Source of the DNA: Bacilli bacterium | GTDB taxonomy: Bacteria > Bacillota_I > Bacilli_A > RFN20 > UBA1709 | DNA length: 64,000 nt | NCBI GenBank assembly: GCA_050949315.1 | Contig: JBMNFL010000001.1 | Location: 642,043 to 706,042, forward strand | Reading direction: 5' to 3' | Part shown: one piece after another, positions 8,506 to 16,967 of the stretch | How the letters are laid out: every line of letters begins with the position of its first letter | How positions within the stretch are numbered: position 1 is the stretch's first letter | Position numbers and translations under genes: made by a program | Notes under the pieces: model-generated | The model's input: only the letters and a program-made list of their open reading frames with translations | Told to the model about the DNA's origin: nothing | Databases searched by the model: none

Positions 8506-11413
8506 TTTGTTGCTCCTTTCTTTTAATAGCAGCTAATAAAGAACGCAGGCGAATTCTTACGGCCCCTAGATTAGCAATTTCATCAATTTTAATCTGAGTA
8601 TAAATCTTCCCATTACTTTCTAATAACTTCTTCGTTTCATCGGTAGTGATAGCATCAAGTCCACAACCAAAAGAAACTAGTTGAATAAGATGCATATCTC
8701 TGTGACTGCAGACATATTTGGCAGCCGAATAAAGGCGGGCGTGATAGGTCCATTGGTTTAAAACATTGGTCGCAAATTTCTTGTTTAAATGCGAGATACT
8801 ATCTTCAGTAATCAAGGCTAAACCAAAGCCATTAACAAGCTTATCAATCGCATGATTGACCTCAGGATCAACATGATAAGGACGCCCTGCTAAGACAAAG
8901 ATTTTCTTACCTGCCGCTCGGGCTTTTTTGATAACTACTTGTGCTTCTTTACGTAAATCAGCCAAATAATTAGCATAAGCCTTATAGGCAGCATGACTGG
9001 CCTTTTTAATCTCTCGCTTATTAAAACCACCTATACGCTTATTTAAAATCATCAGAATTTTTTCTTCAAAAATCTTGGGTTTGGCAAGGCCGATATAGTC
9101 GCGGATAAAATTGATCTCTTTAACCTTGTCAACATTATTTATAATTGTCTCAGGATAATAGGCGACAATAGGACAATTATAATAATTGGAAGAAATGCCT
9201 TCATCAATATTATAAGTCATACAAGGATAAAAAATAAGTTTGTGTCCCTCGGCTAATAATTTCTCAATGTGCCCATGCACGAGTTTAGCTGGATAACAAG
9301 CGGTGTCCGAAGGGATTGTGTGTTGTCCTAAAACATAAAGATGATGATTAGAAAAGCCACTATGAGAAACTTTAAAACCTAAAGATGTAAAAAAGGCATA
9401 CCAGAAAGGCCATAATTCATAATTATTTAAAACTAAGGGAATAGCGATATCTCCTCGTGGTCCTTCAATTGCTGGATAACTTAAGAGTTTATTTTGGGTG
9501 TAATGATACATGTTTAAACTATCATCACTCTTTTGAACGCCTAAAGGACGCTCACATTTATTACCCGAAAGGTAGCGCGTGCCGTTGGCGAAAATATTGA
9601 GATTGAGACTGCAATGATTTTTGCAAATCTGACAATTGAATGTTTTTATTTTGAAACTGAAATTAGCAATTTCTTCTTGGCTAATTAGGCTTGATTTTTC
9701 TAACTTTAAACTTAAAGCATATAAGGCCGCTCCATATGCGCCAGCCACGCCGGCAATATTGGGACGCGTTACATTAACACCTAGTTCTTTTTCAAAAGCT
9801 CGCAACACCGCTTCATTATAAAAGGTGCCACCTTGAACAACAATCTCCGAGCCGAGTTCATGAGGATCAACAACACGGATGACTTTATAGATTGCGTTCT
9901 TAACTACCGACATTGATAGACCAGCGGAGATATTATCAATCGTAGCTCCGTCTTTTTGTGCTTGTTTGACACTAGAGTTCATAAAAACGGTGCATCTTGA
10001 ACCTAAATCTACTGGTTTTTTAGCCAGTAGGCCTAATTTAGCAAAATCTTTGATGTCATAATTCAAAGCATTGGCAAAAGTTTGCAAGAAAGAACCGCAG
10101 CCCGAAGAGCAGGCTTCGTTCAAAAAAATGTTAGTAATGACCCCATCTTCGATTTTAAAACACTTAATATCTTGTCCACCAATATCGATTATGAAATCGA
10201 CTTTAGGATTAAAATGCCTAGCTGTTTCAAAGTGGGCCATCGTTTCTACTAAGCCGGCATCTAAACTAAAAGCATTTTTAATTAAGTCCTCACCATAGCC
10301 TGTGGAACAAGTACCCATAATTTTAGCAGCGGGATTTATTTGATAAATTTCTTGTAGAATCTCTTTAAAAATATTTAAGGGTTGTCCTTCATTAGGAAGG
10401 TATTTGCTATAGCGAATATTTTTATCAGCATCAATCAATACGGCTTTAATAGTGGTCGAACCACTATCAACCCCTAAGTAAAGGGGCTCAGTATAGTCTT
10501 TGAGTTCCAAAATTTGAACCTTGGCTTTACTATGACGTTCCCTGAAATCTTCCAGTTCTTTTTTGTTTCTAAACAAAGGTTCATTAAAGGCATAACTTTC
10601 TTGGGGTTTGGCGGCTTCGAAAATATCAATAATCTCCTTTAACGACATTTTTTTCTCAGCACATAAAGCGGTGCCTAAAGCCACAAACAAAAGCGAGTTT
10701 TGGGGCAAAGTTCCCTCAACCTTTAATGATTCATCAAAAGATTTCCGTAACTCCGGCAAGAAAGTTAAAGGGCCACCTAAATAAATGATCTTTCCTTCAA
10801 TTTCCCGGCCTTGTGCTAGTCCACCTATGGTTTGATTAACTACCGATTTAAAAATCGAGGCGGCAATATCTTCTTTGCGAACTCCTTGGTTTAAAAGAGC
10901 TTGAATATCGGTCTTAGCAAAAACACCACATCGGGAAGCGATGCTATAAAGTTTTTCTTTTTTGGAAGCTAAATCATTTAATTCCTCAAGACTAACGTTT
11001 AATAAGGTCGCCATTTGATCAATAAAAGCCCCTGTGCCCCCCGCACAAGTGCCGTTCATCCGAACTTCTAAACCATCTTTAAGAAAAAGAATCTTGGCAT
11101 CTTCGCCACCAAGTTCAATGATACAATCAACCTCTTTGAGATAACGTTGAGCCGCAATTCTAGTGGCATAGACTTCCTGAACAAAGTCAAGATTTAAACT
11201 TTCGGCTAAACCCATGCCCGCTGAACCCGACATCCCCACCATTAGATTTGTTAAATTCAAAGACGAGGCCTGAAGCTCTTTAAGCGTCTCTAAAAGATTC
11301 TCTTTAATATGAGAAAAATGTCTTTTATAAGTGGAATAAACCAATTGCCCATTATCATCAAGCACAATACATTTGATTGTGGTTGACCCAATGTCAATAC
11401 CTAATCTCATCAT
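8498..11413 (-). CDS. CoA-substrate-specific enzyme activase-like protein: two BadF/BadG/BcrA/BcrD (HgdC-type) ATPase domains fused to a C-terminal HgdB-like domain
   Basis: MRLGIDIGSTTIKCIVLDD and LYLGVDSGSTTIKAVLIDAD mark two ASKHA ATPase domains. C-terminal region is Cys-rich (NCQICKNHC, DTACYPAK, NCPIVAYYPE, FGCGLDAITTD). 971 aa. Confidence 0.65.
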   Translation of the reverse strand: MMRLGIDIGSTTIKCIVLDDNGQLVYSTYKRHFSHIKENLLETLKELQASSLNLTNLMVGMSGSAGMGLAESLNLDFVQEVYATRIAAQRYLKEVDCIIELGGEDAKILFLKDGLEVRMNGTCAGGTGAFIDQMATLLNVSLEELNDLASKKEKLYSIASRCGVFAKTDIQALLNQGVRKEDIAASIFKSVVNQTIGGLAQGREIEGKIIYLGGPLTFLPELRKSFDESLKVEGTLPQNSLLFVALGTALCAEKKMSLKEIIDIFEAAKPQESYAFNEPLFRNKKELEDFRERHSKAKVQILELKDYTEPLYLGVDSGSTTIKAVLIDADKNIRYSKYLPNEGQPLNIFKEILQEIYQINPAAKIMGTCSTGYGEDLIKNAFSLDAGLVETMAHFETARHFNPKVDFIIDIGGQDIKCFKIEDGVITNIFLNEACSSGCGSFLQTFANALNYDIKDFAKLGLLAKKPVDLGSRCTVFMNSSVKQAQKDGATIDNISAGLSMSVVKNAIYKVIRVVDPHELGSEIVVQGGTFYNEAVLRAFEKELGVNVTRPNIAGVAGAYGAALYALSLKLEKSSLISQEEIANFSFKIKTFNCQICKNHCSLNLNIFANGTRYLSGNKCERPLGVQKSDDSLNMYHYTQNKLLSYPAIEGPRGDIAIPLVLNNYELWPFWYAFFTSLGFKVSHSGFSNHHLYVLGQHTIPSDTACYPAKLVHGHIEKLLAEGHKLIFYPCMTYNIDEGISSNYYNCPIVAYYPETIINNVDKVKEINFIRDYIGLAKPKIFEEKILMILNKRIGGFNKREIKKASHAAYKAYANYLADLRKEAQVVIKKARAAGKKIFVLAGRPYHVDPEVNHAIDKLVNGFGLALITEDSISHLNKKFATNVLNQWTYHARLYSAAKYVCSHRDMHLIQLVSFGCGLDAITTDETKKLLESNGKIYTQIKIDEIANLGAVRIRLRSLLAAIKRKEQQNG

Positions 11414-11440
11414 CTAGCCTCCAATAACTTCATCATTAGT

Positions 11441-11469
11441 ATTATACTAAAAACACTTGAAAAGTGAAA
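11441..11469 (-). promoter_or_regulatory. Promoter of the activase/dehydratase-like operon (TTTCAC -17- TATAAT)
   Basis: Minus-strand TATAAT 11446-11441 and TTTCAC 11469-11464. RBS TTGGAGG precedes the ATG. Confidence 0.4.
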
Positions 11470-11539
11470 TGCAATTGACCTTAATAAAAAAAGGGTATTT
11501 TAACCATTTAAAAATTGCTTTTTCATTAATCTGTAAATC

Positions 11540-11569
11540 TTGTTATCTATGGGAATAAGTGCTACAATT
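11540..11569 (+). promoter_or_regulatory. Promoter of zinc-ribbon gene 1 (TTGTTA -18- TACAAT)
   Basis: ...ataagtgcTACAAT; homologous to the copy-2 promoter ...ataagtgcTATAAT. Confidence 0.45.
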
Positions 11570-11588
11570 ACCGAAGTGGAGGTTTATT

Positions 11589-11924
11589 ATGTTTTGTAAA
11601 AATTGTGGTCAAGAACTTGATGATTCATCAAAATTTTGCCCAACCTGTGGTACAGACAATACTAACACAGTAGATGTTATTGATAATAACCCTGTTGAAA
11701 AAAATGAGCAAACATTAAATAAAGATGATGAAGTAGTACCAACAAAAAACAGTGCTTTTATTTGCGCTTTTCTTTCTGTTTTTTTAGGTCCCATTTTAGC
11801 TTTAATTGCTATTGTTTTAGCAAAAAACCCTCAACAAAAAAGTCGAGACATAGCAAAAAAGTTGGGATATTTTGTGATTTTTGGTTGGATTCTTGTATTT
11901 AGCGCATTAAAGGGAAGATGGTAA
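11589..11924 (+). CDS. Zinc-ribbon (CxxC..CxxC) membrane protein, paralog 1
   Basis: True start is ATG 11589 (MFCKNCGQELDDSSKFCPTCG) with GGAGGT RBS 6 nt upstream, rather than the track start 11559. Two C-terminal TM helices. Confidence 0.75.
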   Translation: MFCKNCGQELDDSSKFCPTCGTDNTNTVDVIDNNPVEKNEQTLNKDDEVVPTKNSAFICAFLSVFLGPILALIAIVLAKNPQQKSRDIAKKLGYFVIFGWILVFSALKGRW

Positions 11925-12011
11925 GATTCTAATCTTCCGTGTGTTTTTAATTGACTTTTTTAATTTTGATTTTTAAAAATACCGTGCATCAAACTAAAAC
12001 AATTATGCGGC

Positions 12012-12040
12012 TTGTTGTTTAAGGTCATAAGTGCTATAAT
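12012..12040 (+). promoter_or_regulatory. Promoter of zinc-ribbon gene 2 (TTGTTG -17- TATAAT)
   Basis: TATAAT 12035-12040. Confidence 0.45.
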
Positions 12041-12060
12041 CTTGAAAACGGAGGTTTGTT

Positions 12061-12390
12061 ATGTTTTGTAAAAATTGTGGTCAAGAACTTGATGATTCAT
12101 CAAAATTTTGTCCGTATTGTGGCGCAGAAAACACCCCTGTAGTAAAGATTGAAGAAAATGAACTTCCCCCAAATAATGATGGCGAGGTTACCCCAACTAA
12201 AAGTAGTGCTTTAGTTTTGGGCATTCTCTCTCTTTTTTTCTTTGGAGTCATTTTTGGTGTTATTGCTATTTCTTTATCAAAAGATCCTTTGCAGAAGAAC
12301 CGAGGCGCAGCTAGAATTTTAGGTGCAATTGGCATCATTAGTTGGGCAATTCTCTTGATTGTCAAATTAGGATCGGGGCCTGTTTCTTGA
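12061..12390 (+). CDS. Zinc-ribbon membrane protein, paralog 2
   Basis: MFCKNCGQELDDSSKFCPYCG. First 50 nt of the CDS are identical to paralog 1. C-terminal TM helices. Confidence 0.75.
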   Translation: MFCKNCGQELDDSSKFCPYCGAENTPVVKIEENELPPNNDGEVTPTKSSALVLGILSLFFFGVIFGVIAISLSKDPLQKNRGAARILGAIGIISWAILLIVKLGSGPVS

Positions 12391-12411
12391 TAATTAACAA
12401 ACATATTAGTA

Positions 12412-12438
12412 AGACTGATTTCACATCAGTCTTTTTTA
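12412..12438 (+). terminator. Rho-independent terminator of zinc-ribbon gene 2
   Basis: agactgat-ttcaca-tcagtct followed by TTTTTT. Confidence 0.6.
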
Positions 12439-12469
12439 CATGCTCCTATCTTGGTTTAAAATTTAAAAT

Positions 12470-12500
12470 TTAAAAGAAAAAGTCCGATTGTTTCGGACTT
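12470..12500 (-). terminator. Rho-independent terminator after tRNA-Leu
   Basis: aagtccga-aacaa-tcggactt followed by TTTTCTTTT on minus strand. Confidence 0.6.
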
Positions 12501-12512
12501 AATGCTCACAAG

Positions 12513-12597
12513 TGGTGCGCAGAACGAGAATTGAACTCGCACGGTTTTACCCATATGCCCCTCAAACATACGCGTCTACCTATTCCGCCACCTGCGC
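12513..12597 (-). tRNA. tRNA-Leu (anticodon GAG), class II long variable arm, CCA encoded
   Basis: GCGCAGGTGGCGGAATAGGTAGACGCGTATGTTTGAGGGGCATATGGGTAAAACCGTGCGAGTTCAATTCTCGTTCTGCGCACCA. D-arm GGCGGAAT(T/A)GGTAGACGCG is typical of tRNA-Leu. Confidence 0.85.
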
Positions 12598-12610
12598 AAT
12601 TGCATTTAGT

Positions 12611-12639
12611 ATTATAGCAATGGACCTATGTTTTTGCAA
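12611..12639 (-). promoter_or_regulatory. Promoter of tRNA-Leu (TTGCAA -17- TATAAT)
   Basis: Minus-strand TATAAT 12616-12611 and TTGCAA 12639-12634, ~13 nt before the tRNA 5' end. Confidence 0.5.
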
Positions 12640-12663
12640 ATGCTTTTATTTAGTTGTAAGAGG

Positions 12664-13419
12664 CTAAAAAGTAGCACTTATCAAAGCTTTAAAACTTTCA
12701 ATTTTTAGCGAGGCTCCACCAACTAAAACTCCATCAATATTAGGGCAACTCAAATATTCACGGGCATTTTCTACTTTAACAGAGCCACCATATTGAATTA
12801 TAATTTTGTCGGCCACAACTTGGTTATAAAGTTTGGCAATTGTCTGCCGAATAAAGGAACAAATATCTTCGGCAATTTCTTTAGAAGCGTTTTTACCAGT
12901 ACCAATTGACCAAATTGGTTCATAAGCAATGATGATTTTACTGACATCATCTACCCCAATATCTTTAAGCCCTTCTTTGAGTTGTTGTTCAACAACTTTT
13001 TTACTTTCTTTAGCTAAATACTGCTTTAAGCTTTCCCCCACACAATAAAGAGGGGTCATTTTATTAGCCAACAATGCATGAATTTTTTTATTGCAACTTT
13101 CATTGTTTTCACCATAATATTGTCTTCGCTCCGAATGACCTACCAAAACCAAGTCAACAGCACATTCTTTAAGCATAGGAATACTTATTTCCCCAGTAAA
13201 AGCACCTTTTTCTTCATAATGACAGTTTTGGGCGCCAATCAGAAGATCGGGCGCTTGCTTTTTTAAATCGGCTAAAAATAGATATGGTACGGCTAGCCCT
13301 GCTACCACACCTCTAGTCACACATTCTTTAGCAAAGGGATAGAATTCCTTAACAAATGCCTGAGCTTCGGCATTAGTTTTGTGCATCTTCCAATTACCAA
13401 CAATAACTTTTTTACGCAT
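12664..13419 (-). CDS. tpiA: Triosephosphate isomerase
   Basis: MRKKVIVGNWKMHKT.., AYEPIWSIGTGK, GGASLK. Confidence 0.95.
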   Translation of the reverse strand: MRKKVIVGNWKMHKTNAEAQAFVKEFYPFAKECVTRGVVAGLAVPYLFLADLKKQAPDLLIGAQNCHYEEKGAFTGEISIPMLKECAVDLVLVGHSERRQYYGENNESCNKKIHALLANKMTPLYCVGESLKQYLAKESKKVVEQQLKEGLKDIGVDDVSKIIIAYEPIWSIGTGKNASKEIAEDICSFIRQTIAKLYNQVVADKIIIQYGGSVKVENAREYLSCPNIDGVLVGGASLKIESFKALISATF

Positions 13420-14636
13420 TATTTAGCCTCCTCTATAACATCGATCCCTGGTAGGTGCCCATCATTTTCAATCATTTCTAAAGAGGCCCCACCACCCGTT
13501 GAAACATGGCTGAAACGTGAAGAATAACCATATTGCGCCACCGCCGATGCGCTGTCGCCACCACCGATGACTGAAAAGCAATTCTTTAAATTGACAATCG
13601 CTTCACAAATACTCTTGGTTCCATTAGCAAACAAAGGGTTTTCAAAAGCACCTAGTGGCCCATTCCAAAAGACAATTTTGGCACCAGTCAACTCTTCCTT
13701 ATAAAACTCGTTGGTTTTGGGCCCAACGTCAAGGCCCATCATATCAATGGCAACATTTTGATTTTTGCTTACTTCTACTCTACTTGGTTCGCTTAAACTA
13801 TCAGCCATAATATAATCTAGCGGCAAACAAATTCGACCTTTTCCTTCTATTAAACAGCGCTTGGCAAAATCAACTTGGTCTAATTCAACTAAAGACTTTC
13901 CAACTTCTTTGCCTAAAGCCTTCATAAAGGTAAAAGCCATGGCCCCACCAATTAAGATCTTATCGGCTTTCTTTAATAAGCCCTCAATGACCTTGATTTT
14001 ATCAGAAACCTTACTACCTCCCATAACCGCAATATAAGGGTGTTCTTTAGCTTCAACACATCTACTTAAAGAGGCGATTTCTTTTTCAACCAAATAACCA
14101 ATAGCTGTTGGTTTATTTGCCTTCTTACAAGCCATAGGTAAAGAATAGGTTGAAGCATGCGCACGATGGCAACTTCCAAAGGCATCATTGACATAAATAT
14201 CACATAACGAAGCCCAATATGTACCTAATTCCTCGGAGTTTTTCTCTTCGCCCACTTCATAGCGTGTGTTCTGCATTAAAAGAACATCACCATCTTTTAA
14301 AGCCGTTATAGCTTGCTCTAATTCCGCCCCTCTAGTGGCAGAAACAAAGGTAACTTTTTTCCCTAAAAGTTCACTTAAACGAACAGCTACAACTGCTAAA
14401 TCATTTTTCTTCATCTGTTCGGCAGCTTTAATAGGATCACTATGTTTAACCTTCCCAAGATGAGATAAAACAATAACTCGCGCCTGTTTGCTTATTAAAT
14501 ACTTAAGTGTCGGGCAAGCTTGAACAATTCGATTATCATCACTGATCTTCCCATCCTTTAAAGGCACATTTAAATCTGCGCGAACAAAAACCTTTTTATG
14601 TTGAAGCACCAATTGATCAACCATTTGTTTGGCCAT
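13419..14636 (-). CDS. pgk: Phosphoglycerate kinase
   Basis: KKVFVRADLNVPL, GGGASLE. 405 aa. Confidence 0.95.
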   Translation of the reverse strand: MAKQMVDQLVLQHKKVFVRADLNVPLKDGKISDDNRIVQACPTLKYLISKQARVIVLSHLGKVKHSDPIKAAEQMKKNDLAVVAVRLSELLGKKVTFVSATRGAELEQAITALKDGDVLLMQNTRYEVGEEKNSEELGTYWASLCDIYVNDAFGSCHRAHASTYSLPMACKKANKPTAIGYLVEKEIASLSRCVEAKEHPYIAVMGGSKVSDKIKVIEGLLKKADKILIGGAMAFTFMKALGKEVGKSLVELDQVDFAKRCLIEGKGRICLPLDYIMADSLSEPSRVEVSKNQNVAIDMMGLDVGPKTNEFYKEELTGAKIVFWNGPLGAFENPLFANGTKSICEAIVNLKNCFSVIGGGDSASAVAQYGYSSRFSHVSTGGGASLEMIENDGHLPGIDVIEEAK

Positions 14637-14687
14637 AAATATTTCCTCCTAAAAAAGCGCCCTTGCAGGCGCCTACTTGTTGTTTAA

Positions 14688-15719
14688 TTATTTAACCCCA
14701 AGAACCTTAGCAAAAGCCCTAGCTAAACGTAAGTACTGACAAGCATAAGAATATTCATTGTCGTACCAGGCTACCACTTTGACAAATTGCTTACCCTCGG
14801 GAGTTTGGAATATTTTTGTTTGAGTGGCATCGTAAAGGGAGCCAGCTTCTAAACCTAAGGTATCACTGCTAACTACTAAATCTTCGGTATAAGCCAAAAC
14901 ATCTTTTAATACGCCTTCGCTCGCTTCTTTCATCGCCTTGTGAATTTCTTCAACACTGACTTTTTGTTTCAGTTCTAAAGATAAATCAACTAAGGACCCA
15001 TCAACAACAGGAACTCTAAGCGCGCCACCTTGGAGTCTTCCTTCTAAACTTGGAATAACCAAATGCAAGGCTTTAGCGGCACCGGTGGAAGTTGGGATAA
15101 TATTAGCTGCGGCTGCTCTTCCTCTACGGAAATCTTTTTCTTTAACCATATCAAGGGATGTTTGATCATTGGTATAGGCGTGGACTGTTGTCATATAACC
15201 ACCAACAACCCCAAACTTATCTTCTAAAACTTTCATAACTGGAGCTAAGCAGTTGGTTGTACAACTGGCTCCCGAAATCACCAACATGTCTTTTGTTAAC
15301 TTATCATGGTTCACACCATAGACAAAGGTTGGGGTCCCGGCATCTGATGGTGCACTGATAACTACACCTTTGGCTCCACCAACTTCAATATGGACCTTAG
15401 CATCGGTTAAGCCTTTAAAACGGCCAGTGCATTCTAAAACAAGATCAACGCCATAATCTTTCCAATTTAATAACTTGGGTTCTTTTTGTCCTAAGATGGG
15501 AATTTTCTTACCATCAAAAATTAAATTGTTATCTTGAGTTTTAATCTCGTGTCCTTTGAAAACGCGATGCGTCGTATCATACTTTAGAAGATAAGCTAGG
15601 TTTTCAGCGCTTGCTAAGTCATTGATCGCCACAACCTCAAAGTCTTTCTCTTCAACTATGCGACGGAAGGCTAAACGTCCAATCCGTCCAAAACCATTAA
15701 TCGCTACTTTTATTGTCAT
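14688..15719 (-). CDS. gap: Glyceraldehyde-3-phosphate dehydrogenase
   Basis: MTIKVAINGFGRIGR.., SCTTNCLAP. True start is ATG 15719-15717 with AGGAGG 8 nt upstream. The track start 15743 lies inside the RBS. Confidence 0.93.
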   Translation of the reverse strand: MTIKVAINGFGRIGRLAFRRIVEEKDFEVVAINDLASAENLAYLLKYDTTHRVFKGHEIKTQDNNLIFDGKKIPILGQKEPKLLNWKDYGVDLVLECTGRFKGLTDAKVHIEVGGAKGVVISAPSDAGTPTFVYGVNHDKLTKDMLVISGASCTTNCLAPVMKVLEDKFGVVGGYMTTVHAYTNDQTSLDMVKEKDFRRGRAAAANIIPTSTGAAKALHLVIPSLEGRLQGGALRVPVVDGSLVDLSLELKQKVSVEEIHKAMKEASEGVLKDVLAYTEDLVVSSDTLGLEAGSLYDATQTKIFQTPEGKQFVKVVAWYDNEYSYACQYLRLARAFAKVLGVK

Positions 15720-15786
15720 ATTTTTTTCCTCCTTATTTGGCAATGCCTAATCATTTTCATTATAGGAGCAGTGGCTTTAAAAAGCA

Positions 15787-15817
15787 ATATTAGTAAAAGA
15801 AAAAATAGGGTTTTACC
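15787..15817. repeat. Direct repeat flanking IS, left copy (atatta-gtaaaagaaaaaatagggttttacc)
   Basis: Matches 16928-16962 except for a 4-nt indel. Confidence 0.8.
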
Positions 15818-16927
15818 TGTTAGGTTGCAAATGATGTGAGACGTTTCTTACATCTTATCTCACCAGTAGTTTGAACCAATTCAATTAACTTTTCAAGTTC
15901 CACTTCATTAGGTGTTTTAAATTTAAGAACAAGCTTAGGTAAATTGTTGTATCTTTTGTTCCATAATTTACCTTGATATCTAAGATCATCGAGGGAATAA
16001 AATTTTAAATGTTTATAGAATTTATCTTGATCAATTCGATGACTTCTTTCTACCTTACCATTATGTTGGGGGGTTCTAGGCCTTATCAAGTGATGATTTA
16101 TATGGTTTGTTCTACAAAATCTTTCTAAATAGTTTTCATATTTTCTAACATTCACGCCCTTATTTTTGCGGCGAACTTTATCAGTGAATTCCACACCATT
16201 GTCTGTTTGAATTTCCTTTGGAAAACAACCTATTTTCTTATAAGCGAAGATCAAAGCCTGAACACTTTCATACATTGAATGTTCGGCCGTGAAATAAAGA
16301 ACTCTTTTTCGTGAACATTCATCTAAGATAGTGTATTGATAAAATCGACCTTCCAAACTATCAATTTTGCATTCTTTGGGAACATATTTAACATCCATTT
16401 GCCATTTTTCATGAACCATTTTGGGCGTATGGTATTGTTTGTCATGCTTTTTAGGATTTGGTTTGTAGGGAACAAATTCTTCATTTCTTTTAAAGGTTCT
16501 TAGAACACTAGATGGCGAGATATCTATACCATCATGTTTTAATCTAACCCATATTTCAACAAATGATTGATCAGGATTTCTTCTGTGGAGATCTAGTATT
16601 CTCTTAACAATATTCGCTTTTAATTTATTAGGATGATCCGATAAAGGCCTATGTGATCGATTTAATAACGATTCTTTACTTCCATCAAATCGCTTTAACC
16701 AACGATATAACGAACTCCTTTTAACGTGATAAAAAGATAGAATTTTTCTTATTGGCCAGGACGAAACCGTCCTCCTTAAGCAGGCGTGTAATTTTGTTTC
16801 AATATCTACTGGTATATAATTTCTTTCTTGTGTTAAAATATCCATGGGCATCTCCTTCTATATTGGTTCAACTTCATTATAGATAAGATGCCTACTTTTT
16901 TTTATTAATTTTGTCTCACATCATTTG
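15818..16927 (-). mobile_element. IS481-like insertion sequence (~1.1 kb) with 15-bp perfect terminal inverted repeats CAAATGATGTGAGAC (15828-15842 and 16913-16927)
   Basis: Single DDE (rve) transposase ORF between perfect IRs, flanked by direct repeats. The left boundary is approximate because 10 bp separate the DR from the IR. Confidence 0.8.
15820..16851 (-). CDS. IS481-family DDE transposase (HTH + integrase-core rve)
   Basis: WQMDVKYV (D), IQTDNGVEF (D), RTPQHNGKVERSHR (E). 343 aa. Confidence 0.8.
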   Translation of the reverse strand: MPMDILTQERNYIPVDIETKLHACLRRTVSSWPIRKILSFYHVKRSSLYRWLKRFDGSKESLLNRSHRPLSDHPNKLKANIVKRILDLHRRNPDQSFVEIWVRLKHDGIDISPSSVLRTFKRNEEFVPYKPNPKKHDKQYHTPKMVHEKWQMDVKYVPKECKIDSLEGRFYQYTILDECSRKRVLYFTAEHSMYESVQALIFAYKKIGCFPKEIQTDNGVEFTDKVRRKNKGVNVRKYENYLERFCRTNHINHHLIRPRTPQHNGKVERSHRIDQDKFYKHLKFYSLDDLRYQGKLWNKRYNNLPKLVLKFKTPNEVELEKLIELVQTTGEIRCKKRLTSFAT

Positions 16928-16962
16928 ATATTAAACAGTAAAAGAAAAAATAGGGTTTTACC
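16928..16962. repeat. Direct repeat flanking IS, right copy (atattaaacagtaaaagaaaaaatagggttttacc)
   Basis: 26 bp are identical to 15792-15817. Includes the T-run and 3' half of the terminator hairpin of the upstream gene. Confidence 0.8.
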
Positions 16963-16967
16963 CTATT
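16937..16967 (-). terminator. Rho-independent terminator of the 16963-18093 gene
   Basis: Perfect 8-bp stem aatagggt-aaaa-ccctatt followed by TTTTTTCTTTT on minus strand. Overlaps the stop codon. Confidence 0.6.

Noticed and set aside
9636-10298. Short plus-strand ORFs inside the 971-aa activase-like gene
   Set aside because: Antisense to a well-supported long CDS. No start-site signals.
11559-11588. Track start MLQLPKWRFIMFCKN for zinc-ribbon gene 1
   Set aside because: The paralog and the GGAGGT RBS both point to ATG 11589. The upstream 10 codons overlap the -10 box and RBS.
11609-12404. Minus-strand ORFs of 61 and 107 aa antisense to the zinc-ribbon genes
   Set aside because: Mirror ORFs of the Ser/Lys-rich coding strand. 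The sense strand has promoters, RBSs and terminators.
15787-16962. Interpreting the 26-35 bp flanking repeats as CRISPR-like repeats or an integron site
   Set aside because: Only two copies exist. They directly flank a DDE transposase with terminal IRs and derive from the adjacent terminator, so this is IS-associated duplication.
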